Assembly: GCF_009914755.1 (NCBI RefSeq)
Contig: NC_060947.1
Strand: one strand, 5' to 3'
Source: the human T2T-CHM13v2.0 reference genome, Homo sapiens
Length of the DNA: 64,000 nt
Shown here: one piece after another, positions 28,461-43,153 of the stretch
How the letters are laid out: each line of letters starts with the position of its first letter
Position numbering within the stretch: position 1 is the first letter of the stretch
Notes under the pieces: generated by a model
Databases searched by the model: none
The model's input: the letters and a program-made list of their open reading frames with translations, nothing else
What the model was told of the DNA's origin: nothing
Program-made: the position numbers and the translations under genes

Positions 28461-29254
28461 TTTAAAATTTAAGAAATAAATAATTGACTGACTTGATAGA
28501 TTGATGGATGGTTGAATGGAGACAGGATGGATAGATAAATAAGTCAACTCACAAACAAAAAGTCTGTTGTGAGTTACGGGAACAAAAAGTTCCCTTAACT
28601 TATAAAATAGTAAGATGATTTAATTTTTTTCATTAACCTATTGTAGATATATTATGATTATTTCATTGAAATGAACTATTTAAGAGCTCAGTGGAAGATC
28701 TGTTACTATACATTCTACATGCATGACCTTCCCAGCAGGATTTGCCTGTCATGACAATGTCCCAATATTTATAGTTTAGCTGTGCTCTAAAACTTTATTT
28801 ATTCATTTATTTAGGTATCACCTACAGCTAATTTAGCAGAACGTTGTGAAAAATTCTTCAAGAAATAAAATGCACTGTATATGGTATTTCTGCATTTCAT
28901 TTGTATGAAATGTTGGTGACATTAATGCTTTGCTTTAAAAGCTTTTTGTGTGGCCTGGACATTAACATTGTATAAGCAGATCTCACACTGGTCAGAATCC
29001 CTAATGGCAGGCTATTGTGAGAGGCAGAAGTATGAAACTCTTCAAAGTGACTTTGAAGCACAGCTTCCGGTACTGAAGTACTAATGAAGGGGACTAGAAA
29101 AGGATTAAGGTTGATATTCCAGTTTCAGGAACAGTGCTACTTGTATACATCTACTTCTGAAAGGACTTATATTGAACACAACTCATAAAAGTAGATGATT
29201 GTTGAGATGGATAGACATAGCATTTAACTTGAAGATGCTCTTGTCAATTTACTT

Positions 29255-29345
29255 CTACCACTACTGCTACTACTACCACCACTACTACTACTACTGCTAC
29301 AATGACAATGATAACAACAATGACAATGATGATGACTGTTAATAC
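29255..29345. repeat. Degenerate (CTA)/(ATG) trinucleotide tract
   Basis: Direct reading. Confidence 0.8.
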
Positions 29346-29394
29346 TGCTACCGCTTATGCTAATATTATTATTGTTGACCTAATATTACTAACA

Positions 29395-29600
29395 GTAGTT
29401 GTACCTAGCATCTATTTAGCATTTACTGTGTCAAGCACTTTACTAACATATTACATACAAGATCAATTTTTGTCCCAATAACTTTGTGAGGTAGCTATTA
29501 TTAACCACATTAATGTACAAAGACATTGAGGCTTAGAGAGAATACATTTTTAATACTATTATAGCTAATGAGTTGCAAAACCTTCTGACACTAAGGCAAA
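29395..29600 (-). mobile_element. MIR
   Basis: tgaggtagctattatt...tgaggcttagagag core. Confidence 0.75.
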
Positions 29601-29615
29601 ATTTCTTAAGAAGTC

Positions 29616-31850
29616 TAGTCATGGTCTTTGCCTAGTCATGTCTTGAGTTAATTTTTGTATGAGGTGTAAGGAAGGGGTCCAGTTTCAGTTTTCTGCAAAT
29701 GGTTAGCCAGTTTTCCAAACACCATTTATTAAATAGGGAATCCTTTCCCCATTGCTTGTTTGTGTCAGGTTTGTCAAAGATCAGATGTTTGTAGATGTGT
29801 GGCATTATTGCCGAGGACTCTGCTCTGCTCCATTGGTCTATATATCTGTTTTGGTACCAGTGCCATGCTATTTTGGTTACCATAGCCTTGTAATATAGTT
29901 TGAAATCAGGTAGTGTGATGCCTCCAGCTTTCTTCTTTTTGCTGAGAATTGTCTTGGCTATATGGGTTCTTTTTTGGTTCCATATGAAATTTAAAGTAGT
30001 TTTTTCCAATTCTGTGAAGAAAGTCAATGGTAGCTTGATGGGGATAGCATTGAATCTATAAATTACTTCGGGCAGTATGGCTATTTTCACAATATTGATT
30101 CTTCCTATCCATGAGCATGGAATGTTTTTCCATTTGTTTCTGTCCTCTTTTATTTCCTTGAGCAGTGGTTTGTAGTTCTCCTTGAAGAGGTCCTTCACAT
30201 CCCTGGTAAGTTGTATTCCTAAGTATTTTATTCTCTTTGTAGCAATTGTGAATGGGAGTTCACTCATGATTTGGCTCCCCATTTGTCTATTACTGGTACA
30301 TAGGAAAGCTTGTGAGTTTTGCACATTTATTTTGTATTCTGAGACTTTGCTGAAGTTGCCTATCAGCTTAAGGAGATTTTGGGCTGAGACAATGGGATTT
30401 TCTAAATATACAGTCATGTCATCTGCAAACAGAGACAATTTGACTTCCTCTCTTCCTATTTGAATATGCTTTATTTCTTCCTCTTGCCTGATTGCTCTGG
30501 ACAGAACTTCAAATACTATGTTGAATAGGAGTGTGGAGAGAAGGGATCCTTGTCCTGTGCTGGTTTTCAAAGGGAATGCTTCCAGCTTTTACTCATTTAG
30601 TATGATATTGGCTCTGGGTTTGTCATAAATAGCTCTTATTATTTTGACAAACGTTCCATCAATACCTAATTTATTGAGAGTTTTTAGCATGAAGGGGTGT
30701 TGAATTTTCTCAAAGGCCTTTTCTGCATCTATTGAGATAATCGTGTGTTTTTTTGTGATTAGCTCTGCTTATGTGATGGATTACATTTATTGATTTGCAT
30801 ATGTTGTGACAACAAAAGCCAAAATTGACAAATAGGGTCTAATTAAACTAAAGAGCTTCTGCACAGCAAAAGAAACTATCATCAGAGTGAACAGGCAACC
30901 TACAGAATGGGAGACAATTTTTGCAAACTATCCATCTGACAAATGGCTAATATCCAGAATCTACAAGGAACTTAAACAAGTTTACAAGAAAAAAACAAAC
31001 AACACCATCAAAAAGTGGGAGAAGGATATGAACAGACACTTCTCAAAATAAGACATTTATGTGGCCAACAAACATGAGGAAAAGCTCATCATCACTGATC
31101 ATTAGAGAAATGCAAATCAAAACCATCCCCATAATGAGATACCATCTCACACCAGTTAGAATGGCGATCATTAAAAAGTCAGGAAACAAGAGATGCTGGA
31201 GAGGAGTGAAGAAATAGGAACACTTTTACACTGTTGGTGGGAGTGCAAATTAGTTCAACCATTGTGGAAGACAGTGTGGCGATTCCTGAAGGATCTAGAA
31301 CGAGAAATACCATTTGACCCAGCAGTACCATTACTGGGTATATACCCAAAGGATTATAAATCATTCTACTATAAAGACTGACACACATTTATGTTTGTTG
31401 CAGCACTATTCACAGTAGCAAATACTTGGAACCAACCCAAATGTCCATCAATGACAGACTGGATAAAGAAAATGTGGCACATATACACCATGGAATACTA
31501 TGCAGCCATAAAAAAGGATGACTTCATGTCCTTTGCAGGGACATAGATAAAACTGGAAACCATTATTCCTAGCAAACTAACACAGGAACAGAAAACAAAA
31601 CACCGCATGTTCTCACTCGTAAGTAGGAGTTGAACAATGAGAGCACATGAATACAGAGAGGGGAACATCACACACCAGGGTCTGTCAGTGGGTGGGAGGC
31701 TAGGGGAAGGATAGCATTAGGAGAAATACCTAATGTAGATGATGGGTTGATGGGTACAGCAAACCACCATGGCATGTGTATAACTATGTAACAAACCTGC
31801 ACATTCTGCACATGTATCCCAGAACTTATAGCATATATATACATAAAAAG
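29616..31850 (+). mobile_element. L1PA7-like element with 5' inversion (29616-30806 antisense, 30807-31850 sense)
   Basis: 312-aa antisense-block ORF with reverse transcriptase motif SLFADD; sense 3' end with PA7-type UTR; candidate TSD aag(t)aagtcta. Confidence 0.93.
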
Positions 31851-32269
31851 TAAGTCTACAGCCAGGTTTTTTTTTAATGTTAAAAGTACACATACACATA
31901 TTAATGATGAAGGTAATTTCATCTCCAAATGGCCAGTTAATAAGAACAGTACTAAATAATTATAAACCCTCGATTTGGCCTTAACACACTACCAAAAATA
32001 GATACCCAAGAAGAGCATAACCAATGCTTTTCTTGGGTTAATTTATTTTGTGCTTTTTTTGTTTTCTTTGAACATAAATCTGTGAATTTTAATTAAAACA
32101 AGAATACATTATGGCAATTAAAATAAAATTGCATGGAGTAAAAAAGTTAAATCATCTCTTGATGATCTCTACAATGTCTCTTGCCTATGTAATTTTTAAG
32201 AGATCATGTATTCTCCCATTCCTGTTACTTAGTTTTAAATGCCATATATTAATAAAATGTCTTTTTCTC

Positions 32270-32660
32270 TGGCACAGAAAGACAAGTGCTGAATAATCTT
32301 ATTTATCTGTAGAATGTAAAAAAGTCAAATTCATAGAAACAGAGAGTAAAATGGTGGTTACCAGGAGCTGAAGATTGAAGAAAATTAAAAGATGTTGTTC
32401 AAAGGACACAAAATTTCCGTCAGACAGGAGGAATAAGTTCAAGAGATCTTTGTGCAAGATGGCAACTATAGTTAATAACAATATATTTTATATTTGAAAA
32501 TTGCTGAGAGATTTTAAGTGTTCTCACTATAAAAAAATAGTGAGAGGTAATGTATATATTAAAAAGCCTGATTTAGCCATTCTGCATTGTATACATATAC
32601 TAAAACATCATGTAGTATACCACAAATACATACAATTTTTACTCATTAATTTGAAAAAAA
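32270..32660 (+). mobile_element. L1MA7/8-like 3' end
   Basis: agacaggaggaataagttcaagagatct 3'UTR motif. Confidence 0.8.
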
Positions 32661-32703
32661 TCAATTCTTTGCTAAAGGTAGTTGAATTTTTAAAAGCAAA
32701 ATT

Positions 32704-33093
<390 letters not shown>

Positions 33094-33099
33094 CTACAT

Positions 33100-33560
33100 A
33101 GCAAGAAGATTTTTCCATATCATTATATATAAATTTAATTCATTTGTTTTAATAACCGAGTAGTTATTCTGTACCATAATTGTACCATTATTTATTCTAA
33201 AATTATATCATTAATGGACACCAAGAATGGGCACTTCTTTTTGCCAATATAGATAATGCCGTAATTAACATCCTTGGGCTTAAGTACTTGAGCTTTTGTT
33301 TCTGTTAGAGACAGTCCTAGAATTTAGAATTGCTGGTTAAAAGTATATGCATTTTAAAGTTTAATAGATACTGCCACATTAACTACAATTGTAATTGCAA
33401 CTAACATGTTTCCCAGTAACAGATGAAAGTTCTAATTTCTCCACATATCCATAAACATTTGATGTTATCAACATCTATGTTTTGACAGATTGATTGCATT
33501 TGCTTTATAAAAAATCATATAGAGATCATTTGTCTCCTGATGATCCCTGATAATGAACCA
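33100..33560 (-). mobile_element. L1ME 3' remnant
   Basis: Degenerate antisense L1 3' motifs. Confidence 0.55.
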
Positions 33561-34097
33561 CTTTTTCCTTCCCTTAAGTGGTTTACAATTTAATTTTAGA
33601 GAAAAATGTTTATAAACTATTAAGAGTTATAATGTTTGTGGTGGAGATACTTTTGCGGTGGAGGGCCAGGGTTACATTGACATATGGGTGGAGTTGTTGA
33701 GTTTACATTATTTAGTTCAGGTTCCCAGCCAAAAGGTGACACACAAAATTGCAGTGAACAATCCAACTCTCTTTTCTGAAATAATCAGATAAATACTTAT
33801 TTTGAGAGGAAACAAAACCAATAAGCATTTTGTGATCTGTGGTAGGCAAACCATGATTGTGAAATTCCACAGTGCTTTATTTGTCACAGTGAAAAACCCT
33901 CATTGTGTTTTTTTCATCATGTCTTGACTGAGGTTTGTTGCAACTCTATCAGTGGAATAATTGTTGTAATAATTAAGAATCTTGAGTTATTTTCCTATCT
34001 CTACCACAGCTTGATGCATAATTTTAAACAGGTTACTACTTCTCAATTGCCTTAAGTTTTTACATTTAGGCTTCTTAATTACATTAAACACACCTTT

Positions 34098-34258
34098 AGT
34101 TTTAGTAAGGATATATATATATATAGTGTATAAATATATATATATAGTGTATAAATATATGTATATATATAGTTTTAGTAGGGATATATATATATAGAAA
34201 TATATGTATTTAGGGATTATATATAGTTTTAGTAGGGATATATATGTGTGTATGTGTG

Positions 34259-34315
<57 letters not shown>
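34098..34315. repeat. Compound TA-rich minisatellite with (TG)/(TA)/(CA) runs
   Basis: Unit agttttagta(a/g)ggatatatatat three times; tgtataaatatat twice. Confidence 0.9.
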
Positions 34316-34318
<3 letters not shown>

Positions 34319-34329
34319 CTCTATCTCTT

Positions 34330-34618
34330 TTTTTTTTGAGACGGAGTCTCGCTCTGTTGCCTAGGCCGGAGTTCAGTGGCACAATCTCGGCTCACTGCAA
34401 GCTCCGCCTTCCAGGTTCACGCCATTCTCCTGCCTCAGCCTCCTGAGTAGCTGGGACTACAGGCACCCACCACCATGTCCGGCTAATTTTTTGTATTTTT
34501 AGTAGAGATGGGGTTTCACCGTGTTAGTCAAGATGGTCTCGAACTCCTGACCTTGTGATCCCCCCGTCTCGGCCTCCCAAAGTGCTGGGATTACAGGCAT
34601 GAGCCACTGCGCCCGGCC
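34330..34618 (-). mobile_element. AluY
   Basis: aagctccgcc and cgccattctcc; TSD caga(a/c)ctctatctctt. Confidence 0.9.
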
Positions 34619-34900
34619 CAGACCTCTATCTCTTCAATAATAAACGGTCACAATATTGCACAGATAATCCAACCACTGGAAAGAAGTTCTAAATGGTCAA
34701 ATTGGTGACTCTGAAATATAAGGATGGAGAAAATGAAAATGTATGTCTTCAGAGTTTGTGATTCTAACATGATTATCCTGGAGCAAGTACTATGTATACT
34801 GATTTTGGAAATTAAGTATAGCAATTAGGGTTTAATGTTAAGAAAATTTGTGTTGTAGTTATGACACTGGCTATTTAGCAGTGTAAAGTTAGGTAAATAA

Positions 34901-35750
<850 letters not shown>

Positions 35751-35779
35751 GTTAGAAAGAAATGAAGTCTTTCTGACAC

Positions 35780-35900
35780 CTTCAAAACCAGGTACTTTAG
35801 TCACCCACTTGTTTTTTGGTTCTTACAAAGGTGCTTTCTTGTATTGATGGTTGTCCAATTTGATGTTTCTGTGACAGGAATCACCAATGGAGAGTTTTAT
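35780..35900 (-). mobile_element. Inverted 5'-terminal piece of an L1MA 5'UTR
   Basis: Aligns by eye with 4635-4760 in this window. Confidence 0.7.
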
Positions 35901-36033
35901 CCAAGTAGATCCAATATAATAACAAGGGACTTTAAGTGGGAAAGACAGAGGCACAGGAGTCAGAATCAGAGAGACAACATCATGAGAAAGATTAGACTGG
36001 CCATTGTTGGTTTTGAAGATGGAAGGGGGCCAA
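35896..36033 (+). mobile_element. MLT1D/E LTR fragment
   Basis: gccattgttggttttgaagatggaagggggcca motif. Confidence 0.75.
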
Positions 36034-36603
36034 GATTCCTTGGCTCATGGCCCTTGAGTAAACATTAGCAGTAGCCAGGTAGTAGTTGCCACAGACCTTG
36101 GACAAGACTTAGTACTGTTCTGGCTTCCGGTGTGACCCAGTGCATTCCCAGCTGTGGTGGCCATGGGGAGTGACTCTTTTTGCTTGAGGAAAACTGAAGG
36201 AAGAGTAAAAAGGACTTTGTCTTGCCACTTGGGTATCAGCTCAGCCACAGTAGAATAATGCATCAAGCAAACTCCTAAAGTCTGTGATTCCAGGCCTTAG
36301 TTCCTGGATGGGATTTTTAGACCCACTCTGGGCCAGAAGAAAATTTGCTGCCTTGCAGGAAAATAGCTAGACCTTGCAGGATTCAAAACCAGCTGACTAA
36401 AGAGCCCTTGGATTTTGTATAAACATTAGTGGTAGCCAGGTGATAATTGCCATAGGCCACGGGCAGTGCTGGCCATAATGAGAGATACCTTCAGCTTGAG
36501 AAAGGAGATGAAAATGTAAAAAGAATTTTGTCTTGCAACTTGGGTACCAGAAAGGCCACAGTAAAATAAAGCACCTGGCAGCTTCCTAAAACCCATAATT
36601 CCA

Positions 36604-36898
<295 letters not shown>

Positions 36899-38241
36899 AC
36901 ACCATAATTTCAGTCCCTAGGTATTGGATAGCATTCCTAGACTCACTCTGGGCCAAAAGGAAACCTGCTACCCCAAAAGAAAAGACTCAGTCCTAGCAGA
37001 ATTCACCACCTGCTGAGTAAAAAGCCCTTGATCTTTGAATAAACATCACTGGTAGCCAGGCAGTGGTCATCACAGGCCTTGGAAAAGACCCAGTATTGTG
37101 CTACCGTCAGATTTAACCCAGAACAGTCTTAGAAGTGGTGGCCAGAGGAGTGCTTGCATTATACCCATGTCCTACCACCAACTCCAGGCAGCTCAGCACA
37201 GAGAGAGAGACTCCATTTGTTTGGGGAAAAGTAAAGGAATCGAACAATATACTTTGCTTGGTAATCCAGAGAATTATCTTACCCAGGATCATCAAGGTGG
37301 TACTTCTATGAGTCCAAAAGAATCACAGTGATACAGGGCTTGGGAGACCTTTTTGTGCATATATGGCCACAGTGACCAAAGACTTAGATCACAACACTCA
37401 ATATTCTTTTAGTACTTAGAAAGCTTTCTCCAAAAGGATGAATTCAAACAAGCCCAGACTGTGAAGATTGGAATAAATACCTAATTCTTCAATGTTCAGA
37501 CATTAGTGAACACGCACAAGCATCAAAATCATCCAGGAAAACATTACCTCTACAAATGAACAAAATAAGTCACCAAGTGAACAATCTCAGAGTGACAGAG
37601 ATGTGTGCTCTGTCACACAGAAGAAATTCAGAATCTTATCAGGTAAATTTAACAAAGATATATAATCAAGCAGAAATTCTATAGTTGAAAAATACAATTA
37701 CTGCACTGAAGAATGCATCAGAGTCTCTTAGTAGCAGAACTGATCAAGCAGAAGAAAAAATTAGTGAGCTTGAAGGCAGGCTATTTGAAACTACAGCATC
37801 AGAGGAGACAAAAGAAAAAAGAATAAGAAAGAATGAAGCATGCATAGAAAATCTAGAAAATAGCCCAAAATGGCAAATCTAAGAGTAATTGGTGTAAAGA
37901 GGAGATAGAGCGAGCTCAGGGTAGAGAGATTATTCAAAGAGATAATGACAAGGAACTTTCCAAACCTAGAGAAAGATATCAATATTCAAATACAAGAAAA
38001 TTATAGAACACCAATCAGATTAAACTAAAATAAGACTACATCAAGACATTTCATAATCAAACTCCCAAAACTCAAGGATAATCAAAGGATACTAAAAGGA
38101 TACTGAAAGCTTCCAGAGAGAAGACAAAAATAACGTGTAAGGGAGCTGTAATACATCTGGCAACAGACTTCACAGTGGAAACCTAACAGGCCAGGATAGA
38201 GTGGTATGAATTATTTAAAGTGCTGAAGGAACTTCAGCACT

Positions 38242-38365
38242 ATATATATGAGACAGAGTCTCGCTATGCTGCCCAGGCTGAACTCAAACTCCTGGCCTCC
38301 AGGAATCTTTCTACCTTTGCATCCAAAAGTACTGGGAGTGCAGGCATAAGCCCCTATGTCTGGCC
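38242..38365 (-). mobile_element. FLAM / Alu monomer
   Basis: Single Alu arm of about 120 bp with a TA tail. Confidence 0.85.
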
Positions 38366-39743
38366 CTTGATGGAAATAAAATTTATTTTAGAATATTATA
38401 GCCAGTAAAAATAGTATTCCAATATGAAGGAGAAATAAATACTTTTGTGGACAAACTAAGATGAGGGATTTCATCAGTACAGGACCTATCCTGCAAGAAA
38501 TGGTAAAGAGAGCTCTTTAATGTGGAAAAAAAGGACGTTAACAAGCAAGAAAACATCATCTGAAGGTACAACACTCACTGCTAATAAATATCTAATAATA
38601 ATACAGAATACCATAACACTGTAATTGTCATATTTAAACTACTCCTTACTTCCACATTTAAACTACTTCCTACTGAGTAGGAAGACTAAAAGAAGTACTA
38701 TCAAAAATGATAACAAAACAACATTCAAGAAAGAGACCCTTTAAAAAGATGTAAATAGAAATGACAAAAAGTTTAAAAGCAGGGTGGATGAAGTTGAATT
38801 GTAGAGTTTTTATTAGTTTTCTTTTGCTTGTTAGTTAGTCTTTTTAATCAGAGTTAAGTTGTCATAAGTGTAACATACTCAGTTATAAGATGTTATTTGC
38901 AAGCCTCATGATAACATCAAATCAAAAAACCTACAACAGATTCACAAAAATAAAAAGCAAGACATTAAAACATAACACCTGAGAAAATCACTTTTACATA
39001 AAGGAAGACAGAAAGGAAAGAAAAAAGGAAGAAAGAGAACACCGCAAGACAACCAGAAAACAACAAAAGAGCAGTAGTAAGTCCTTACCTATAAATAATA
39101 GCATTGAATGTAAATAGACTAAACTCTTCAATCAAAAGACATAGAGCAGTTGAATGAATAAAAAAATCCAACTATTTTCTGCCTAAAGAAATATACTGCC
39201 CCTGTAAAGACACGCATGGACTGAAAATAAAGGATGGATAAAGATATTCCATGGAAATGGAAACCATAAAAAAGAGAGAGAAGGAATAACTATATTTTTA
39301 TCAGACAAAATAGATTTCAAGAAAAAATTATGAGACAAAATATCACTATAAAATAATAAAGGTGTCAATTCAGCAAGAGGATATAACAATTTTAAATACA
39401 TATCCCCCAACACTGGAACATCCAGATACATTAAGCAAATATTATTCAAGCAAAAGAGAGAGATAGATCCTAATACGATAAGAGCCATAGAGTTCAACAG
39501 CCCACCTTCAACACTGGACAGATCTTTCAGACAGAAAATTAACAAGAAAATACTGGAATTAATTTGCACTCTAGACCAAATGGATCTAATATATATTTAC
39601 AGGACATTTCATGTAAGGGCTGCAGAATACATTCTTTTCCTCAGCACATAAATTATTCTCAAGCGTATGCCATATTTTAGGCCACAAAACAAGTCTTAAA
39701 ACATTAAAAAATTTGAAATCTTATGAATCAATTATCTTATTCA

Positions 39744-40217
<474 letters not shown>

Positions 40218-40678
40218 TTAGGAAAGAAATGTAATACATTTTTGAAATATGAAAATGGAAACACAACATACCAAAACCTATGAGACACAGCAAAAGCAAT
40301 ACTAAGAGGAAAGTTCATAGCAATAAGCATCTATGTAAAAAAAGTAGAAAAACTTGAAATAAACAACCTAACAGTGCATTGTAAAGAACTAGAAAAGCAA
40401 AAGCAAACCAAACCTAAAATTAGTAGAAGAAAAGATATAATAAAGATCACAGAAGAAATAAATTGAATTGATCTTTTTTTGTTTGCTTCAATGAAGTAAC
40501 AAGTTGTTTTTTTGAAAAGATAAACAAATTTTACAAATATTTAGCCAGACTAAGAAAAAAAAGACAGTAGACTTACATAAATAAAATCAGAGATGGAAAA
40601 GAAGACATTAAAATCAATACATAGAAATTATAAAAAAAATAGAGACTGAGCAATTATATGCCAATAAATTAGAAATTC

Positions 40679-42199
40679 CACAAGGAAAACTATAAAACAC
40701 TGCTGAAAGAAATCTTAGATGACACAAACGAATAGAAAAACATCCTATGCTCATGGATGGGTAGAATCAATATTGTGAAAATGACCATACTGCCAAAAGC
40801 AATCTACAAATTCAATGTAATTCCCATCAAAATACCACCATCATTCTTGACAGAACTAGAAAAAACAATCCTAAAATTCATATGGAACCAAAAAAGAACC
40901 CACATAGCCATAGCAAGACTATGCAAAAAGAACAAATCTGGAGGCATCACATTACCCAACTTAAAACTATACTGTAAAGCCACAGCCACCAAAACAGCAT
41001 GGTACTAGTCTAAAATTGGGCAAATAGACCAATGGAACACAATAGAGAATGCAGAAATAAACCCAAATACTTACCACCAACTGATCTTTAACAAAGCAAA
41101 CAAAAACATAAAAGTGGGGAAAGGACACCCTATTCAACAAATGGTGCTGGGATAATTGGCAAGCCACATGTAGGAGAATAAACCTGGATACTCATCTCTC
41201 ACCTTATACAAAATAAACTCAAGATGAATCAAGGAATTAAATCGAAGGCCTGAAACCATAAAAATTCTAGAAGATGACGTTGGAAAACCCTTCTAGACAT
41301 TGGCTTAGGCAAAGAATTCATGGCCAAGAACCCAAAAGGAAATGCAACAAAACAATCATAAACAGGTGGGACTTAATTAAATTAAAAAGTTTCTGTACAG
41401 CAAAATAAAAAATCAGCAGAGTAAACAAACAAACAACCCACAGAGTGGGAGAACATCTTCACAATCTATACATCTGATAAAGGGCTGTCATACAGAATCT
41501 ACAAGGAACTCAAACAAATTAGCAAGAAGAAAACAATCCCATCAAAAAATGGGCTAAGGACATGAATAGACAATTCTCAAAAGAAGATATACAAATGACC
41601 AACAGACATATAAAAAATGCTCAATATCACTAATGATCAGGGAAATGCAAATCAAAACCACAATGCAATTCCACCTTACTCCTGCAAGAATGGCCATAAT
41701 CACAAAATTAAAAAATAATATATGTTGGCGGGGATGCGGCAAAAAAGGAACCCTTTTACACTGCTGGTGGGTATGTAAACTAGTACAACCACTATGAAAA
41801 ACAGTGTGTAGATTCCTTTAAAAACTAAAAGTAGAACTACCATTTGATCCAGCAATCCCACTACTGAGTATTTACCCAGAGGAAAAGAAGCCATTATACA
41901 AAAAAGATATTTGCCCATGCATGTTTATAGCAGCATGATTTGCAATTGCAAAAATATGGAACCCGCCCAAATGCCCATCAATCAATGATTGGAAAAAGAA
42001 ATTGTGATATATATATATACATATATATACATATATATGTATATATGTATATATATGTACACACACACATATATATGTATATATATATATAATGACTGAA
42101 TAGTACTCCATGGTGTATACATATATATACACACACATATATATACACACATATATGTGTATATGTATATACAGTATTCCATGGTGTATATATATATAC

Positions 42200-42230
<31 letters not shown>

Positions 42231-42655
42231 GATATATATATATATATATGTATATACATACATATACACACACCATGGAATACTATACAGTCATAAAAAG
42301 GAATGAAATAATAATGGCATTCACAGCAACCTGGATGGAATTGGAGAGCATTATTCTAAGTAAAGTAACTCAGGAATGGAAAACCAAACATCATATGTTC
42401 ACACTCATAAGTAGGAGCTAAGCTATGAAGATGCGAAGGCATAAGAATGATGCAATGGACTTTGGGAACTTGAGGGAAAGGGCAGGAGGGGGGTAAGAGA
42501 TAAAAGACTACAATTTGGGTACATTGTATACTTCTAGGGTGATGGGTGCACCTGAATCTCACAAATCACCACTAAAGAACTTACTCATGTCACCAAACAC
42601 CACCTGTTCCCCAAAAACCCTATGGAAATAAAATATAAAATAAAAACAAGCAAAA
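40679..42655 (+). mobile_element. 5'-truncated L1PB1 nested in the L1MA3-like element
   Basis: [19 protein letters not shown]; PB1 3'UTR ggcataagaatga...cacctgttcccc; host ORF2 resumes after a short aaattc duplication. Confidence 0.9.
42007..42270. repeat. (TA)/(CA)/(TG) expansion inside L1PB1
   Basis: Direct reading; contains inverted L1 snippets. Confidence 0.95.
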
Positions 42656-42848
42656 AATTCTAGGAAAAATTAATAAATTTTTACACACATACAACCTATC
42701 AAGACTGAACCATGAAGAAACCCAAAACCTAAATAGATCAATATCAAGTAATACAATTCATAATAAATAAAACAAGATCCATAATAAATTCAAAATACAA
42801 GCCATAATGAAAAGTCTCCTAGCAAAAAGAAAAAAGAAAAAGCCTGGA

Positions 42849-43153
<305 letters not shown>

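Noticed and set aside
29632-30570. 312-aa ORF with reverse transcriptase motif as a novel gene
   Set aside because: It is an internal L1 ORF2 fragment in the inverted block, with a non-ATG start, no promoter and no endonuclease domain.
33868-33900. CACAGTG heptamers with an AAAAACC nonamer-like word (V(D)J recombination signal)
   Set aside because: The spacer is about 15 nt rather than 12 or 23, and no V, D or J segment is adjacent.
41872-42421. Overlapping ORFs rich in Y/I/C/V/H/T (also at 34.0-34.4 kb and 46.7-46.9 kb)
   Set aside because: They are stop-free frames produced by dinucleotide microsatellites.
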